64,000 bases of DNA from an uncultured Bacteroidota bacterium (GCA_902515565.1 CABXVR010000005.1:7745-71744); one strand, 5' to 3'. Positions 20,227-28,390 are shown, counted from the stretch's first letter. The notes: generated from the sequence alone by a model not told the origin. A program made the numbers and translations.

Positions 20227-20601
20227 TTAAAATGGTAAATCATCATGTTCATCGTCTTTTACATCATTGGTAGTTTCAAATGATTGAAGTGGAGCTCCAG
20301 GAGGTAATTGACTTGAATCAACTTGATCACTTAACTTTTCAATACGCCAACCCTGTATGGAGTTGAAATATTTAATCTCACCTTTTGGGTTTTTCCATTC
20401 TCTTCCTCTGATGTTTATACTGATTTTAACATCATTACCTACCTCATAATTATTTAAAAGATCTACTTTATCTTGTACAAACTCGGTCATTATTGTTTGT
20501 GGGTATTGTTCATTAGTCGTAATAACTATTTCTCTTTTTTTGAAACTATCAGTAATAGCTTGAGTATTACCAATCAATTTAATTTTTCCTTGTAATTCCA
20601 T
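20227..20601 (-). CDS. DUF3127-like OB-fold protein with SSB-type acidic C-terminal tip
   Basis: The 124-aa protein starts MELQGKIKLIG...REWKNPKGEIKYFNSIQGWRIEKL, which resembles DUF3127. A Pro/Ser/Gln-rich linker follows, and the protein ends in DDEHDDLPF. Confidence 0.6.
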   Translation of the reverse strand: MELQGKIKLIGNTQAITDSFKKREIVITTNEQYPQTIMTEFVQDKVDLLNNYEVGNDVKISINIRGREWKNPKGEIKYFNSIQGWRIEKLSDQVDSSQLPPGAPLQSFETTNDVKDDEHDDLPF

Positions 20602-20729
20602 GTTAATTATTAAATTTGTTAATTATTTTTTTGATTGTCTAAAATAAAGATTTCTAATCATTTATGTGTTATTATAGTTTGATATAATTAGATTATATTT
20701 ATTTAATAAATTATTTTACGAGCTTAATT

Positions 20730-21872
20730 TTGAACAAAAAAAACAATATATCTAGCTGGATTTTAGTTTCCTTATCATTGATAATTATTTCTGTTATTTT
20801 ATGGAATACTTTTCTGTTTTTTCAAAAATTTAAAACAGAAGAAAGATCTAAAATGCAAATATGGTCATTGGCTCAAGCTGAATTAACAAAATCTATAGAT
20901 GATGATAATATTTCTAATCTTACTCTGGAGGTATTAAAAAATAACTCTACAACTCCAATGATAAAGGTTAATAAAAATGGAGAAATAGAGTTTAATAATA
21001 TTGCTAATCTAAAAATTGATGATTCTACCAAAATTAATAAACTTATAAGAAAATTTAAAAACGAAAACACTCCAATCAAAATTTATTATGATAATAAAGT
21101 TATAGAAACATTATACTATGGGAATTCTGATGTTATAAATAAGTTAAAGTATTATCCATTAGCTCTAATCTTAATAATATTATTATTTATTTCTTTAATT
21201 TACTTTTATTATAAGAGCTCTAAAATTGCTACACTTAATATGCTTTGGACTGGAATGGCAAAAGAAACAGCTCATCAAATTGGCACCCCATTAACATCGT
21301 TGATGGGGTGGATAGAGATCTTGAAAAGTAAAAAGCTAGACTCAAATTATTTAATTGAGATTGAAAAGGATATTGATAGATTAAATATTATAAGTGAAAG
21401 ATTTAATAAAATTGGCTCTAAACCCATATTATTAAAAACCAACCTTACAAAACTAACTAGAGATTCACTAGATTATTTAATGACAAGGGTGTCCGACAGA
21501 GTAAATATTGAATTTAAATTCCCTAAAAAGCAATTATACTGTCAAATCAATAAACAACTTTATAGCTGGACAATTGAAAATATTATAAAAAATAGTATTG
21601 ATGCAATTAAAGGAGATGGAGATATACTAGTTAAACTTAGTGAACAAAAGAATGTAATAGTACTTACAATTACTGATAATGGAACTGGAATAAAGAAAAG
21701 TCAATTTAAAAAAATATTTAATCCCGGATTCACAAGTAAAAAGAGAGGCTGGGGTCTTGGATTATCATTATCTAAAAGAATAATAGAAGATTATCACAGT
21801 GGAAAAATATTTGTAAAATATTCAGAATTAAACGTCAAAACTATTATTCAAATTGAATTTGACAAAGTATAA
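20730..21872 (+). CDS. Sensor histidine kinase (orphan)
   Basis: TTG start. Two TM segments flank a loop of about 120 aa. H-box ETAHQIGTPLTS, N-box IIKNSIDA, G1 DNGTGI and G2 GWGLGLS are present. Confidence 0.85.
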   Translation: MNKKNNISSWILVSLSLIIISVILWNTFLFFQKFKTEERSKMQIWSLAQAELTKSIDDDNISNLTLEVLKNNSTTPMIKVNKNGEIEFNNIANLKIDDSTKINKLIRKFKNENTPIKIYYDNKVIETLYYGNSDVINKLKYYPLALILIILLFISLIYFYYKSSKIATLNMLWTGMAKETAHQIGTPLTSLMGWIEILKSKKLDSNYLIEIEKDIDRLNIISERFNKIGSKPILLKTNLTKLTRDSLDYLMTRVSDRVNIEFKFPKKQLYCQINKQLYSWTIENIIKNSIDAIKGDGDILVKLSEQKNVIVLTITDNGTGIKKSQFKKIFNPGFTSKKRGWGLGLSLSKRIIEDYHSGKIFVKYSELNVKTIIQIEFDKV

Positions 21873-22255
21873 ACACTATTTATTTCTTTTGCTAATGAAT
21901 CAAATTGATTGTGATTTAATTTGATTTTTTTTATAAACTGCATGTCCTTCATATTAGAGATTGGTATAAGATGGACATGAACATGTGGTACTTCTAGACC
22001 AATTAATGACATCCCTATTCTTTTACAAGGTACTACTTGTTTGATTGCGAGTGCTACATTTCTTGAAAATGACATTAATTTATTATATGATTTTTTTTCT
22101 AGATCCAAAAAATTATCAACCTCAATTTTAGGAACACAAAGTGTATGACCTAATGAATTTGGATTAATATCTAAAAAGGCGATAAAGTCCTGATTTTCTG
22201 CAATTTTATAGCAAGGGATTTCTTTAGATATTATTTTAGAAAAAACAGATGCCAT
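21848..22255 (-). CDS. HIT family nucleotide hydrolase/transferase
   Basis: Histidine triad HVHVHLIP. Length is 135 aa. Confidence 0.9.
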   Translation of the reverse strand: MASVFSKIISKEIPCYKIAENQDFIAFLDINPNSLGHTLCVPKIEVDNFLDLEKKSYNKLMSFSRNVALAIKQVVPCKRIGMSLIGLEVPHVHVHLIPISNMKDMQFIKKIKLNHNQFDSLAKEINSVYTLSNSI

Positions 22256-22728
22256 TATCGAGAAATATCAGTAATAATGAATTTAATAGTTCCGTTAGGA
22301 ACTTTAATTTCTGCTATGTCACCCAATGATTTACCTAATAAACCTTTACCAATAGGAGAGTTAACAGAAAGTTTTCCAGCTGATAAATCTGCCTCACCAT
22401 CTGCTACTAAAGTGTATGACATTTCCATACCATTTGACTTGTTTTTAATCTTGACCTTAGATAAAACCAATACTTTAGAATTATCTAACTGAGATTCGTC
22501 GATTACTCTGGCTCCTGATAAAGTTTCTTCAAGTTTAGAAATTTTCATTTCTAACATACCTTGAGCTTCTTTAGCAGCATCATATTCTGCATTTTCACTC
22601 AAATCTCCTTTATCTCTTGCTTCTGCAATAGCATTTGAGGCTTTTGGTCTTTCAATATCCTTTAATTGACTCAATTCGTCTCTTAATTTCTTTAAGCCTT
22701 CTTTTGTATAATATGAAATACTACTCAT
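22255..22728 (-). CDS. greA: Transcription elongation factor GreA
   Basis: N-terminal coiled coil (ARDKGDLSENAEYDAAKE) and a C-terminal FKBP-like domain. Length is 157 aa. Confidence 0.93.
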   Translation of the reverse strand: MSSISYYTKEGLKKLRDELSQLKDIERPKASNAIAEARDKGDLSENAEYDAAKEAQGMLEMKISKLEETLSGARVIDESQLDNSKVLVLSKVKIKNKSNGMEMSYTLVADGEADLSAGKLSVNSPIGKGLLGKSLGDIAEIKVPNGTIKFIITDISR

Positions 22729-22844
22729 TACTTTATAATTAATTAAACCATGTTATATATATACAAAAAATCCCGTTCTCACGAGATATAAATCAAATAT
22801 ACAAAATATTTAAATGAAAAATGTTTTTGTTGTAATTTCACTAA

Positions 22845-23276
22845 ATGAAAAAAACATCAATCATTTTAGCATTTGTTGTATTTACGATATTTACATGCAA
22901 AAAAGATGAAATTTCATCTAACTGCAGATATTTGGCAAATATTGAAGTTAATTATGAAATCAATCTGAATCTACCGCAGTATAACCAGTTAAACTTTATT
23001 AGTAATTCAGTATATATTCCTAATATTGGAAATGGAGGTATAATAGTAACTAATTCTGGAACTGGATTTTTAGCATGGGATGCAAGCGATCCTAACCGAA
23101 TACCCACTAGTTGTTCAACAATGACTATAAATGGATTAGAATGTATTAGTAATTGCCCTGACGAAAACTCTTACAGTCTTATCACTGGGCAATCTTTAAC
23201 TGTAGCTCTGGAGTGCGGTCTGAAAGCTTACAGGGTTGAAATAAATGGCAGCAACCTTTTTATATCTAATTTTTAA
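22845..23276 (+). CDS. Small lipoprotein, possibly a degenerate Rieske-fold domain
   Basis: Lipobox (IFTCKKD). GGIIVTNSGTGFLAWDASDPNR...ECISNCPDENSYSLITGQ...LKAYRVEINGSNLFI aligns by eye with Rieske domains, but the Cys/His cluster ligands are replaced. Confidence 0.35.
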   Translation: MKKTSIILAFVVFTIFTCKKDEISSNCRYLANIEVNYEINLNLPQYNQLNFISNSVYIPNIGNGGIIVTNSGTGFLAWDASDPNRIPTSCSTMTINGLECISNCPDENSYSLITGQSLTVALECGLKAYRVEINGSNLFISNF

Positions 23277-23277
23277 T

Positions 23278-25401
23278 CTATAATTTAAATTTTAATCCAA
23301 GCAAATAGTTCCTTGTAGCTTGAGGATAGTATCCAGCCCCTTCAATTGTTGATATACTATTAGGGTCACTCCAAGTATCATCATATGTATAATAATATCC
23401 GTTGGAAACATATTCAGTTCCAAACAAATTACTAACAAGCGCTGACAATACTATTTCAGAAAAGAAAAAAGTATTTTTAAAATCATAGTTAAAATTAAAA
23501 TCAAGAACTGAATAAGCGTCTAGTTTTGAAAATGTAGAATCAGTATTACTCATATATTGCTCACCAACATACTTATTTAATATAGAAACCACCACATTTT
23601 CTTTAGGAGAATACACTAAATTTAAAGATGAGACTATTTCTGGTGAGAAAGAGATATTAGTTTTTCCTAGGCTTACTAATTCTCCATCCATAGACGTTAC
23701 AAAATTTTTGTTTTTATTATCACTAAAAGCTGAATTAGCTAAAATTGAAATTTTGTCTGATAAATTAAAAACTGTTTCAACTTCTAACCCAATACGATAA
23801 CTTTCTCCACTGTTTTCTCTAACTGGAGATCCCACATCATCAATAGAACCGGTTAAAACAAGCTGATTTTTATATCGCATCATATAAAAATTAGTAGTTA
23901 CATTAAGTTTTTTCTTAGTAAGATTCCAACCAAATTCAAAATCATTTAGTTGTTCTGATCTTATATTAGGGTTACTTTCATAATCACTCCTTGTAGGTTC
24001 ACGATTTGATCTTGCAAATGAAAAGTATAAATTATTATGATTATTAAACAGATAATTTATTCCTCCCTTAGGGTTAAAGAAATTATACTTTTTGTTTATT
24101 ATAAAATTAGCAATATCATTTGTACTTCCTGATGTTTTATAATTTACATTCCTAAATTGAATATCCCCATATAATGATAGTTTAGAATTTAACTGAAAAG
24201 TCGTTTTAATATAATTACTAAAATCTTTTTTAATTCCCTTACCATCATAAAAACGATCATCTATTTGGATCCCAGCTGTGTTTTGAGCCCAAATTACTTT
24301 TCCAAAATGATCTCCATCGTACTCGCTGTATGATGAACCAAAATTCATGTTAACTTTATTATTTTGATAATTTAAAGAATAGTTTCCAACTATAAATTGA
24401 TTATCTAACCACTTTCTTGTTACAAAATCTTGATTATCATTTTCTTTATATTGCTCATAATAACCAAGACCATTAGTTAAATTAAATGATAAATTAGAAG
24501 TTAGTCTTGAGTTTATAATTTGACTCCAATGTATTTGGTAGTGTTCTTGTTTATAATTATCAACTTCATTGTCGTAAAATTGAATATCACCAGACTGATC
24601 AATATACATTCCAGAAGGATTATATGTTCTATCACTTTGAAGTGTTTCTTCGTCAATTCCATTCCAAGCTTGATATGTTATTTCATGGCCACCAAAACTT
24701 AAAGCCTTAATTAACGTGTTTTCTTTTTTGTAGTTTACTTGTAAAAAATAGGATTTTAAATCAGAACTAGATCTATCAATATATCCGTCAGAATCTATCT
24801 TAGAAAGTCTACCTGAAAATTCAAAATAATCATTAAGTATACCTGTACTAAATTTAAAGGTGTTTTTAGTAGTATTGTAACTACCAATGGAGTTAGAGTT
24901 TTCAAAGTAAGGAGTTTTTGAAATTAAATTTGTTAGTATATTAATACTAGCTCCAAAGGCACTAGAACCGTTTGTGGATGTTCCTACTCCTCGTTGCAAC
25001 TGAAGATTTTCAACTGACGATGCAAAATCAGGCAAATCTACCCAAAAAGTACCCAAAGATTCAGCATCGTTATATGGAATTCCATTTATTGTAATATTAG
25101 TTGATTGTGCATTTATTCCTCTAATTCTAATTCCTGTATACCCTACTCCTGCTCCTGAATCAGAAGTAGTAACAACTGAAGTTAAAGAATTAAGTAAAAT
25201 AGGTAAATCTTGTCCAAGATTCTTTTTACCCAACTCGTCCTTTGAAACATTTGTAAAAGCTATTGGTGCATTTTGTTTCACTCGAATAGAAGAAACGATA
25301 ACTTCCTCTAAATTTTGTATCCTGGTTGTATCTTGTTTTATTTCTTGAGAAAAGAGTGAAAATGTGAAAATAAATAAAAAGTAAAATAAAAGATTTTTCA
25401 T
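23278..25401 (-). CDS. TonB-dependent outer membrane receptor (TPP-riboswitch controlled; likely thiamine or thiamine-precursor uptake)
   Basis: Signal peptide, then plug domain motifs (EEVIVSS, VTTSDSGAGVGYTGIRIRG, NGIPYND, LQLQRGVGTS), then a long beta-barrel region. A THI-box lies in its 5' leader. Confidence 0.88.
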   Translation of the reverse strand: MKNLLFYFLFIFTFSLFSQEIKQDTTRIQNLEEVIVSSIRVKQNAPIAFTNVSKDELGKKNLGQDLPILLNSLTSVVTTSDSGAGVGYTGIRIRGINAQSTNITINGIPYNDAESLGTFWVDLPDFASSVENLQLQRGVGTSTNGSSAFGASINILTNLISKTPYFENSNSIGSYNTTKNTFKFSTGILNDYFEFSGRLSKIDSDGYIDRSSSDLKSYFLQVNYKKENTLIKALSFGGHEITYQAWNGIDEETLQSDRTYNPSGMYIDQSGDIQFYDNEVDNYKQEHYQIHWSQIINSRLTSNLSFNLTNGLGYYEQYKENDNQDFVTRKWLDNQFIVGNYSLNYQNNKVNMNFGSSYSEYDGDHFGKVIWAQNTAGIQIDDRFYDGKGIKKDFSNYIKTTFQLNSKLSLYGDIQFRNVNYKTSGSTNDIANFIINKKYNFFNPKGGINYLFNNHNNLYFSFARSNREPTRSDYESNPNIRSEQLNDFEFGWNLTKKKLNVTTNFYMMRYKNQLVLTGSIDDVGSPVRENSGESYRIGLEVETVFNLSDKISILANSAFSDNKNKNFVTSMDGELVSLGKTNISFSPEIVSSLNLVYSPKENVVVSILNKYVGEQYMSNTDSTFSKLDAYSVLDFNFNYDFKNTFFFSEIVLSALVSNLFGTEYVSNGYYYTYDDTWSDPNSISTIEGAGYYPQATRNYLLGLKFKL

Positions 25402-25419
25402 ATGATAAGTTTTATCAAA

Positions 25420-25535
25420 TAAAAAGGGGTCAATTATTTTTATATAATTAATGGTTTGTTACAAATTCCTAAACAGCATTATCTGTTCTAGGTTCAATGG
25501 GTATAATCTCAGCTATTAAGCACCCCTTTTGAGAC
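25420..25535 (-). promoter_or_regulatory. TPP (THI-box) riboswitch plus expression platform
   Basis: The minus strand reads CAAAAGGGGUGCUUAAUAGCUGAGAUUAUACCCAUUGAACCUAGAACAGAUAAUGCUGUUUAGGAAUUUG. It contains the conserved GGGGUGC, CUGAGA, ACCC, GAACCU, AUAAUGC and AGGAA elements in the canonical order of the TPP aptamer, as in E. coli thiM. Confidence 0.85.
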
Positions 25536-25539
25536 TTGT

Positions 25540-25547
25540 CAAATGTA
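25540..25547 (-). promoter_or_regulatory. Bacteroidota-type -7 promoter box (TACATTTG) for the riboswitch/TonB receptor transcript
   Basis: The minus strand reads TACATTTG (consensus TAnnTTTG) a few nt upstream of the aptamer 5' end. I see no clear -33 TTG. Confidence 0.45.
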
Positions 25548-25570
25548 TTAAGTATTTTTTTTAAAAAAAA

Positions 25571-26143
25571 TTATTTAGGGTTATTTAAAATTAATTTATC
25601 AATTAAATTAACTGCATCTTTCAATCTAGTTTCCTTATTACCTTTTAATATTACATAAGGTTTGTTATGTTTTTTTAATTCAGATTCAAAAGCGTTAAAC
25701 ATCTCTTCTCTTTGTTTTGGTTTATCTCTTAAATCGTCTGGCTCCCAAGGAATATCTATGTAAGTAAGTAAGTAAAGGTCATAAGAATTTTCAATTGCAT
25801 ATTTTTCAAGAACTGGGTCACAGCTACCAATGTAATAGGCTTCAGAATATACTTTAGTCTCTAATAAATCTGTATCACAAATTAAAACTTTATTAGCTTT
25901 AGATACTAATTCATTCTCCAACTTAATTTGCCCTCTTGCAATCGGAATTAAATCAGATGGTTCACAAGTCTTTCTTTCATTGTTCCACTTATTTTGTAAG
26001 TACTGTCTTGCAAACTCTCTAACCCAAACCGAATTATAATGTCTAGCTAATTGTCTTGAGAGAGTAGTTTTTCCCGTTGACTCCGGCCCAAATAAGACAA
26101 CTTTAATACAATTTGATTTTACTTGACTAAGCTCTTTTTCCAT
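25571..26143 (-). CDS. NadR-type (AAA_28) ribosylnicotinamide kinase-like ATPase
   Basis: P-loop LFGPESTGKTTLS plus CDTDLLET and the DIPWEPDDLRD pattern typical of the NadR C-terminal RNK domain. Adjacent to pnuC. Confidence 0.75.
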   Translation of the reverse strand: MEKELSQVKSNCIKVVLFGPESTGKTTLSRQLARHYNSVWVREFARQYLQNKWNNERKTCEPSDLIPIARGQIKLENELVSKANKVLICDTDLLETKVYSEAYYIGSCDPVLEKYAIENSYDLYLLTYIDIPWEPDDLRDKPKQREEMFNAFESELKKHNKPYVILKGNKETRLKDAVNLIDKLILNNPK

Positions 26144-26736
26144 TGATTATATCCTTGAATTGCTAAAATTGTAAAAATTAAATATTGCAGAGATAACATA
26201 CCTAATCCTCTGTAAGCATACAAAGGTATTGTAATTAAATCACCAACTATCCAAAAAATCCAACTTTCTATTTTTTTATTTGCCATAAACCACATAGCCA
26301 CAAAAAATATCCCAGATGTGAAGATATCTATATAATTTTCTAAATAAATAATAGAGCTATTTATTAAATAAACAGAATACGTTATAATTAATGTAATTAA
26401 AAAAAATAAGCTAGCAATTAGTCTTTCTCCATGATTGGTATATGTAATTATAATCCTGGTATTATCATTTTTATATCTTGTCCAGTTCCACCATCCATAA
26501 ATACTCATCGATGAATAATAAATATTCATCATCATATCGCCAAAATATTCAGCTTTAAATAAAATATAAACAGTAATAACTGTGCAAATAATCCCTGTAG
26601 GATAAACCAAAATATTCTCTTTTTTGGCATAAACAACACTAATGATTCCAAATAAGACTGCAATCATTTCAAGAAATATCATAATATATGATGTATTGGA
26701 GTAAGATTCTATAAAAAAATTAACTACGCTGTCCAT
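26119..26736 (-). CDS. pnuC: PnuC-family vitamin (nicotinamide riboside-type) transporter
   Basis: 205 aa with about 7 TM segments and a Trp-rich motif SIYGWWNWTRY, typical of Pnu transporters. Confidence 0.8.
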   Translation of the reverse strand: MDSVVNFFIESYSNTSYIMIFLEMIAVLFGIISVVYAKKENILVYPTGIICTVITVYILFKAEYFGDMMMNIYYSSMSIYGWWNWTRYKNDNTRIIITYTNHGERLIASLFFLITLIITYSVYLINSSIIYLENYIDIFTSGIFFVAMWFMANKKIESWIFWIVGDLITIPLYAYRGLGMLSLQYLIFTILAIQGYNQWKKSLVK

Positions 26737-27368
26737 TATTTATTTTGGATTAAATATACTAGCTTATAATCTTCAAAACTATAAAGGTAAGACTTAAAAG
26801 AAAGTATAATTCTATTAAATTTTAGCCAAGAAATCACTGAGCTATCTTGTAAATTAAATGGGGTGACAATACAATTATTTTTAAAAATAAAAGGTAATTT
26901 TTCGTTTGATATTTTATAAATGCATTCTTTAATACACCATATTAAGGTAAGTCTTTCTAGTTCGTTATTTAAATTCCCAAGAAATGAGTATTCATAATCT
27001 ATAAACTTTTCAGAAACTTTAGCGATCTTATCACTTACTTTTTCAATATCAATTGAAACATTAAAGTCACTAATAATAATTGATGAAAATAATTTGGAGT
27101 GACTTATTGAAATATTCTGTTTGTTTGACAACATTGGTTTGCCATTTTCATCGTAGTAAAGATCATTGTCAGAAAATCCAAATTCATTTAAAAGATGTCT
27201 AATACTTAAAATTTCACGTTTCCCAACATCACTTTGAACTTTGTTTAATTTTTCTAAAGTGTTTTTACTTAAATCAATTGATGAAAGTAATTCCTGGTAG
27301 CTTTCTGAAATCTTCCACACTTTGACTCTAGTAAAAGAATTAGGGATGTAACTTTTATAAATTGGCAT
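26736..27368 (-). CDS. 4'-phosphopantetheinyl transferase (Sfp-type)
   Basis: ISISHSKLFSSIII, VSIDIEKVSDKI and LIWCIKECIYK motifs (the G/SxD-IE...W-KE-K pattern). Length is 210 aa. Confidence 0.75.
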   Translation of the reverse strand: MPIYKSYIPNSFTRVKVWKISESYQELLSSIDLSKNTLEKLNKVQSDVGKREILSIRHLLNEFGFSDNDLYYDENGKPMLSNKQNISISHSKLFSSIIISDFNVSIDIEKVSDKIAKVSEKFIDYEYSFLGNLNNELERLTLIWCIKECIYKISNEKLPFIFKNNCIVTPFNLQDSSVISWLKFNRIILSFKSYLYSFEDYKLVYLIQNK

Positions 27369-27490
27369 CTGATTACAAAAACTTATTATGTCTAATTTTC
27401 AATCTTAATCAACAAAGCAATAAATATACAATTTTGATCATAAAAAATATTAAATACTTCCCTTCTCAAACTTAATTAGTACAATTACTA

Positions 27491-27523
27491 AACAAAAAAC
27501 CCTTTCTTAATTAGAAAGGGTTT
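27491..27523 (-). terminator. Rho-independent terminator after rpmA
   Basis: The minus strand reads AAACCCTTTCTAATTAAGAAAGGGTTTTTTGTTT: a perfect GC-containing stem followed by a T-run, 25-30 nt after the rpmA stop. Confidence 0.8.
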
Positions 27524-27549
27524 ATTTTATAATTTTAAAAAGTAATTTG

Positions 27550-27810
27550 TTAGGATTCAAATGGTACTATTGAAACAAAAGATTTGTTATTTTTCTTTTT
27601 ATCGAACTTCACAATACCATCAACTTTAGCATGTAAAGTATGATCTTTACCAGCATAAACATTTTCACCTGGATTGTGAACAGTACCTCTTTGTCTAACA
27701 AGAATATTTCCTGCTATTGCAGCTTGACCACCAAATATCTTAACTCCTAAACGTTTCGATTCTGATTCTCTACCGTTTTTAGAACTACCTACTCCTTTTT
27801 TATGTGCCAT
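27550..27810 (-). CDS. rpmA: 50S ribosomal protein L27
   Basis: [24 protein letters not shown] is the canonical L27 N-terminus. Confidence 0.97.
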   Translation of the reverse strand: MAHKKGVGSSKNGRESESKRLGVKIFGGQAAIAGNILVRQRGTVHNPGENVYAGKDHTLHAKVDGIVKFDKKKNNKSFVSIVPFES

Positions 27811-27830
27811 GATTAATAAATTTTAATATT

Positions 27831-28349
27831 TTAACTAAGTGCTTTAATTAAATCGTCTTTTTTCATTGATGAGATTCCTTTAACACCTTTATTTTTTGCC
27901 ATATCTTTTAATGCAGCAACAGTTAATTTTGATAAATCTACATTTTCTTTTTCATTAGTTTTAGATTTTTCAACCTTTTTTGCTGGCTTAGCATCAGCTT
28001 TTACAGACTTCTCAACTTTTTTTGTTTTTTTAGCTCCTGAAGCTAAAATATTTTCAACCTGAATTTCAGTTAGTGCTTGTCTGTGACCATTTTTAACTCT
28101 ATAACCTTTTCTTCTTTTTTTCTTAAAAACAATAACTTTATTGCCTTTAAAGTGTTTTAAGACTTTAACTCCTACTTGAGCTCCGTCTATAGCTGGGGCG
28201 CCTACTGATATTTTGTCTCCGTTTGCAAGTAAAAGAACGTTATCAAATGTGACTTTACTACCTTCTTTACTTTCTAAACGATGAACAAATAATTTTTGGT
28301 CTTTTTCAACTTTAAATTGTTGCCCTGCTATCTCTACAATTGCGTACAT
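27831..28349 (-). CDS. rplU: 50S ribosomal protein L21 with about 70-aa Lys-rich C-terminal extension
   Basis: MYAIVEIAGQQFKV...GHRQALTEIQVENI is a complete L21 core of about 101 aa. It is followed by a KKxEK-rich tract and LTVAALKDMAKNKGVKGISSMKKDDLIKALS. Confidence 0.93.
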   Translation of the reverse strand: MYAIVEIAGQQFKVEKDQKLFVHRLESKEGSKVTFDNVLLLANGDKISVGAPAIDGAQVGVKVLKHFKGNKVIVFKKKRRKGYRVKNGHRQALTEIQVENILASGAKKTKKVEKSVKADAKPAKKVEKSKTNEKENVDLSKLTVAALKDMAKNKGVKGISSMKKDDLIKALS

Positions 28350-28390
28350 AGCTTAATATTTAATATTATTTTTTTGTTTAAAAACGAGTG

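Noticed and set aside
25553-25568. The T8A8 palindrome (ttttttttaaaaaaaa) at the end of the nadR-like gene, considered as a terminator or recombination site.
   Set aside because: It is a pure A/T stem with no GC clamp and no loop, so it is unlikely to form a stable hairpin. It probably just reflects AT-rich intergenic composition or an UP-like element.
25571-26736. The idea that the TPP riboswitch regulates the pnuC and nadR-like genes.
   Set aside because: Both genes lie upstream of the riboswitch in the direction of transcription (minus strand). The riboswitch can therefore only act on the downstream TonB-dependent receptor.
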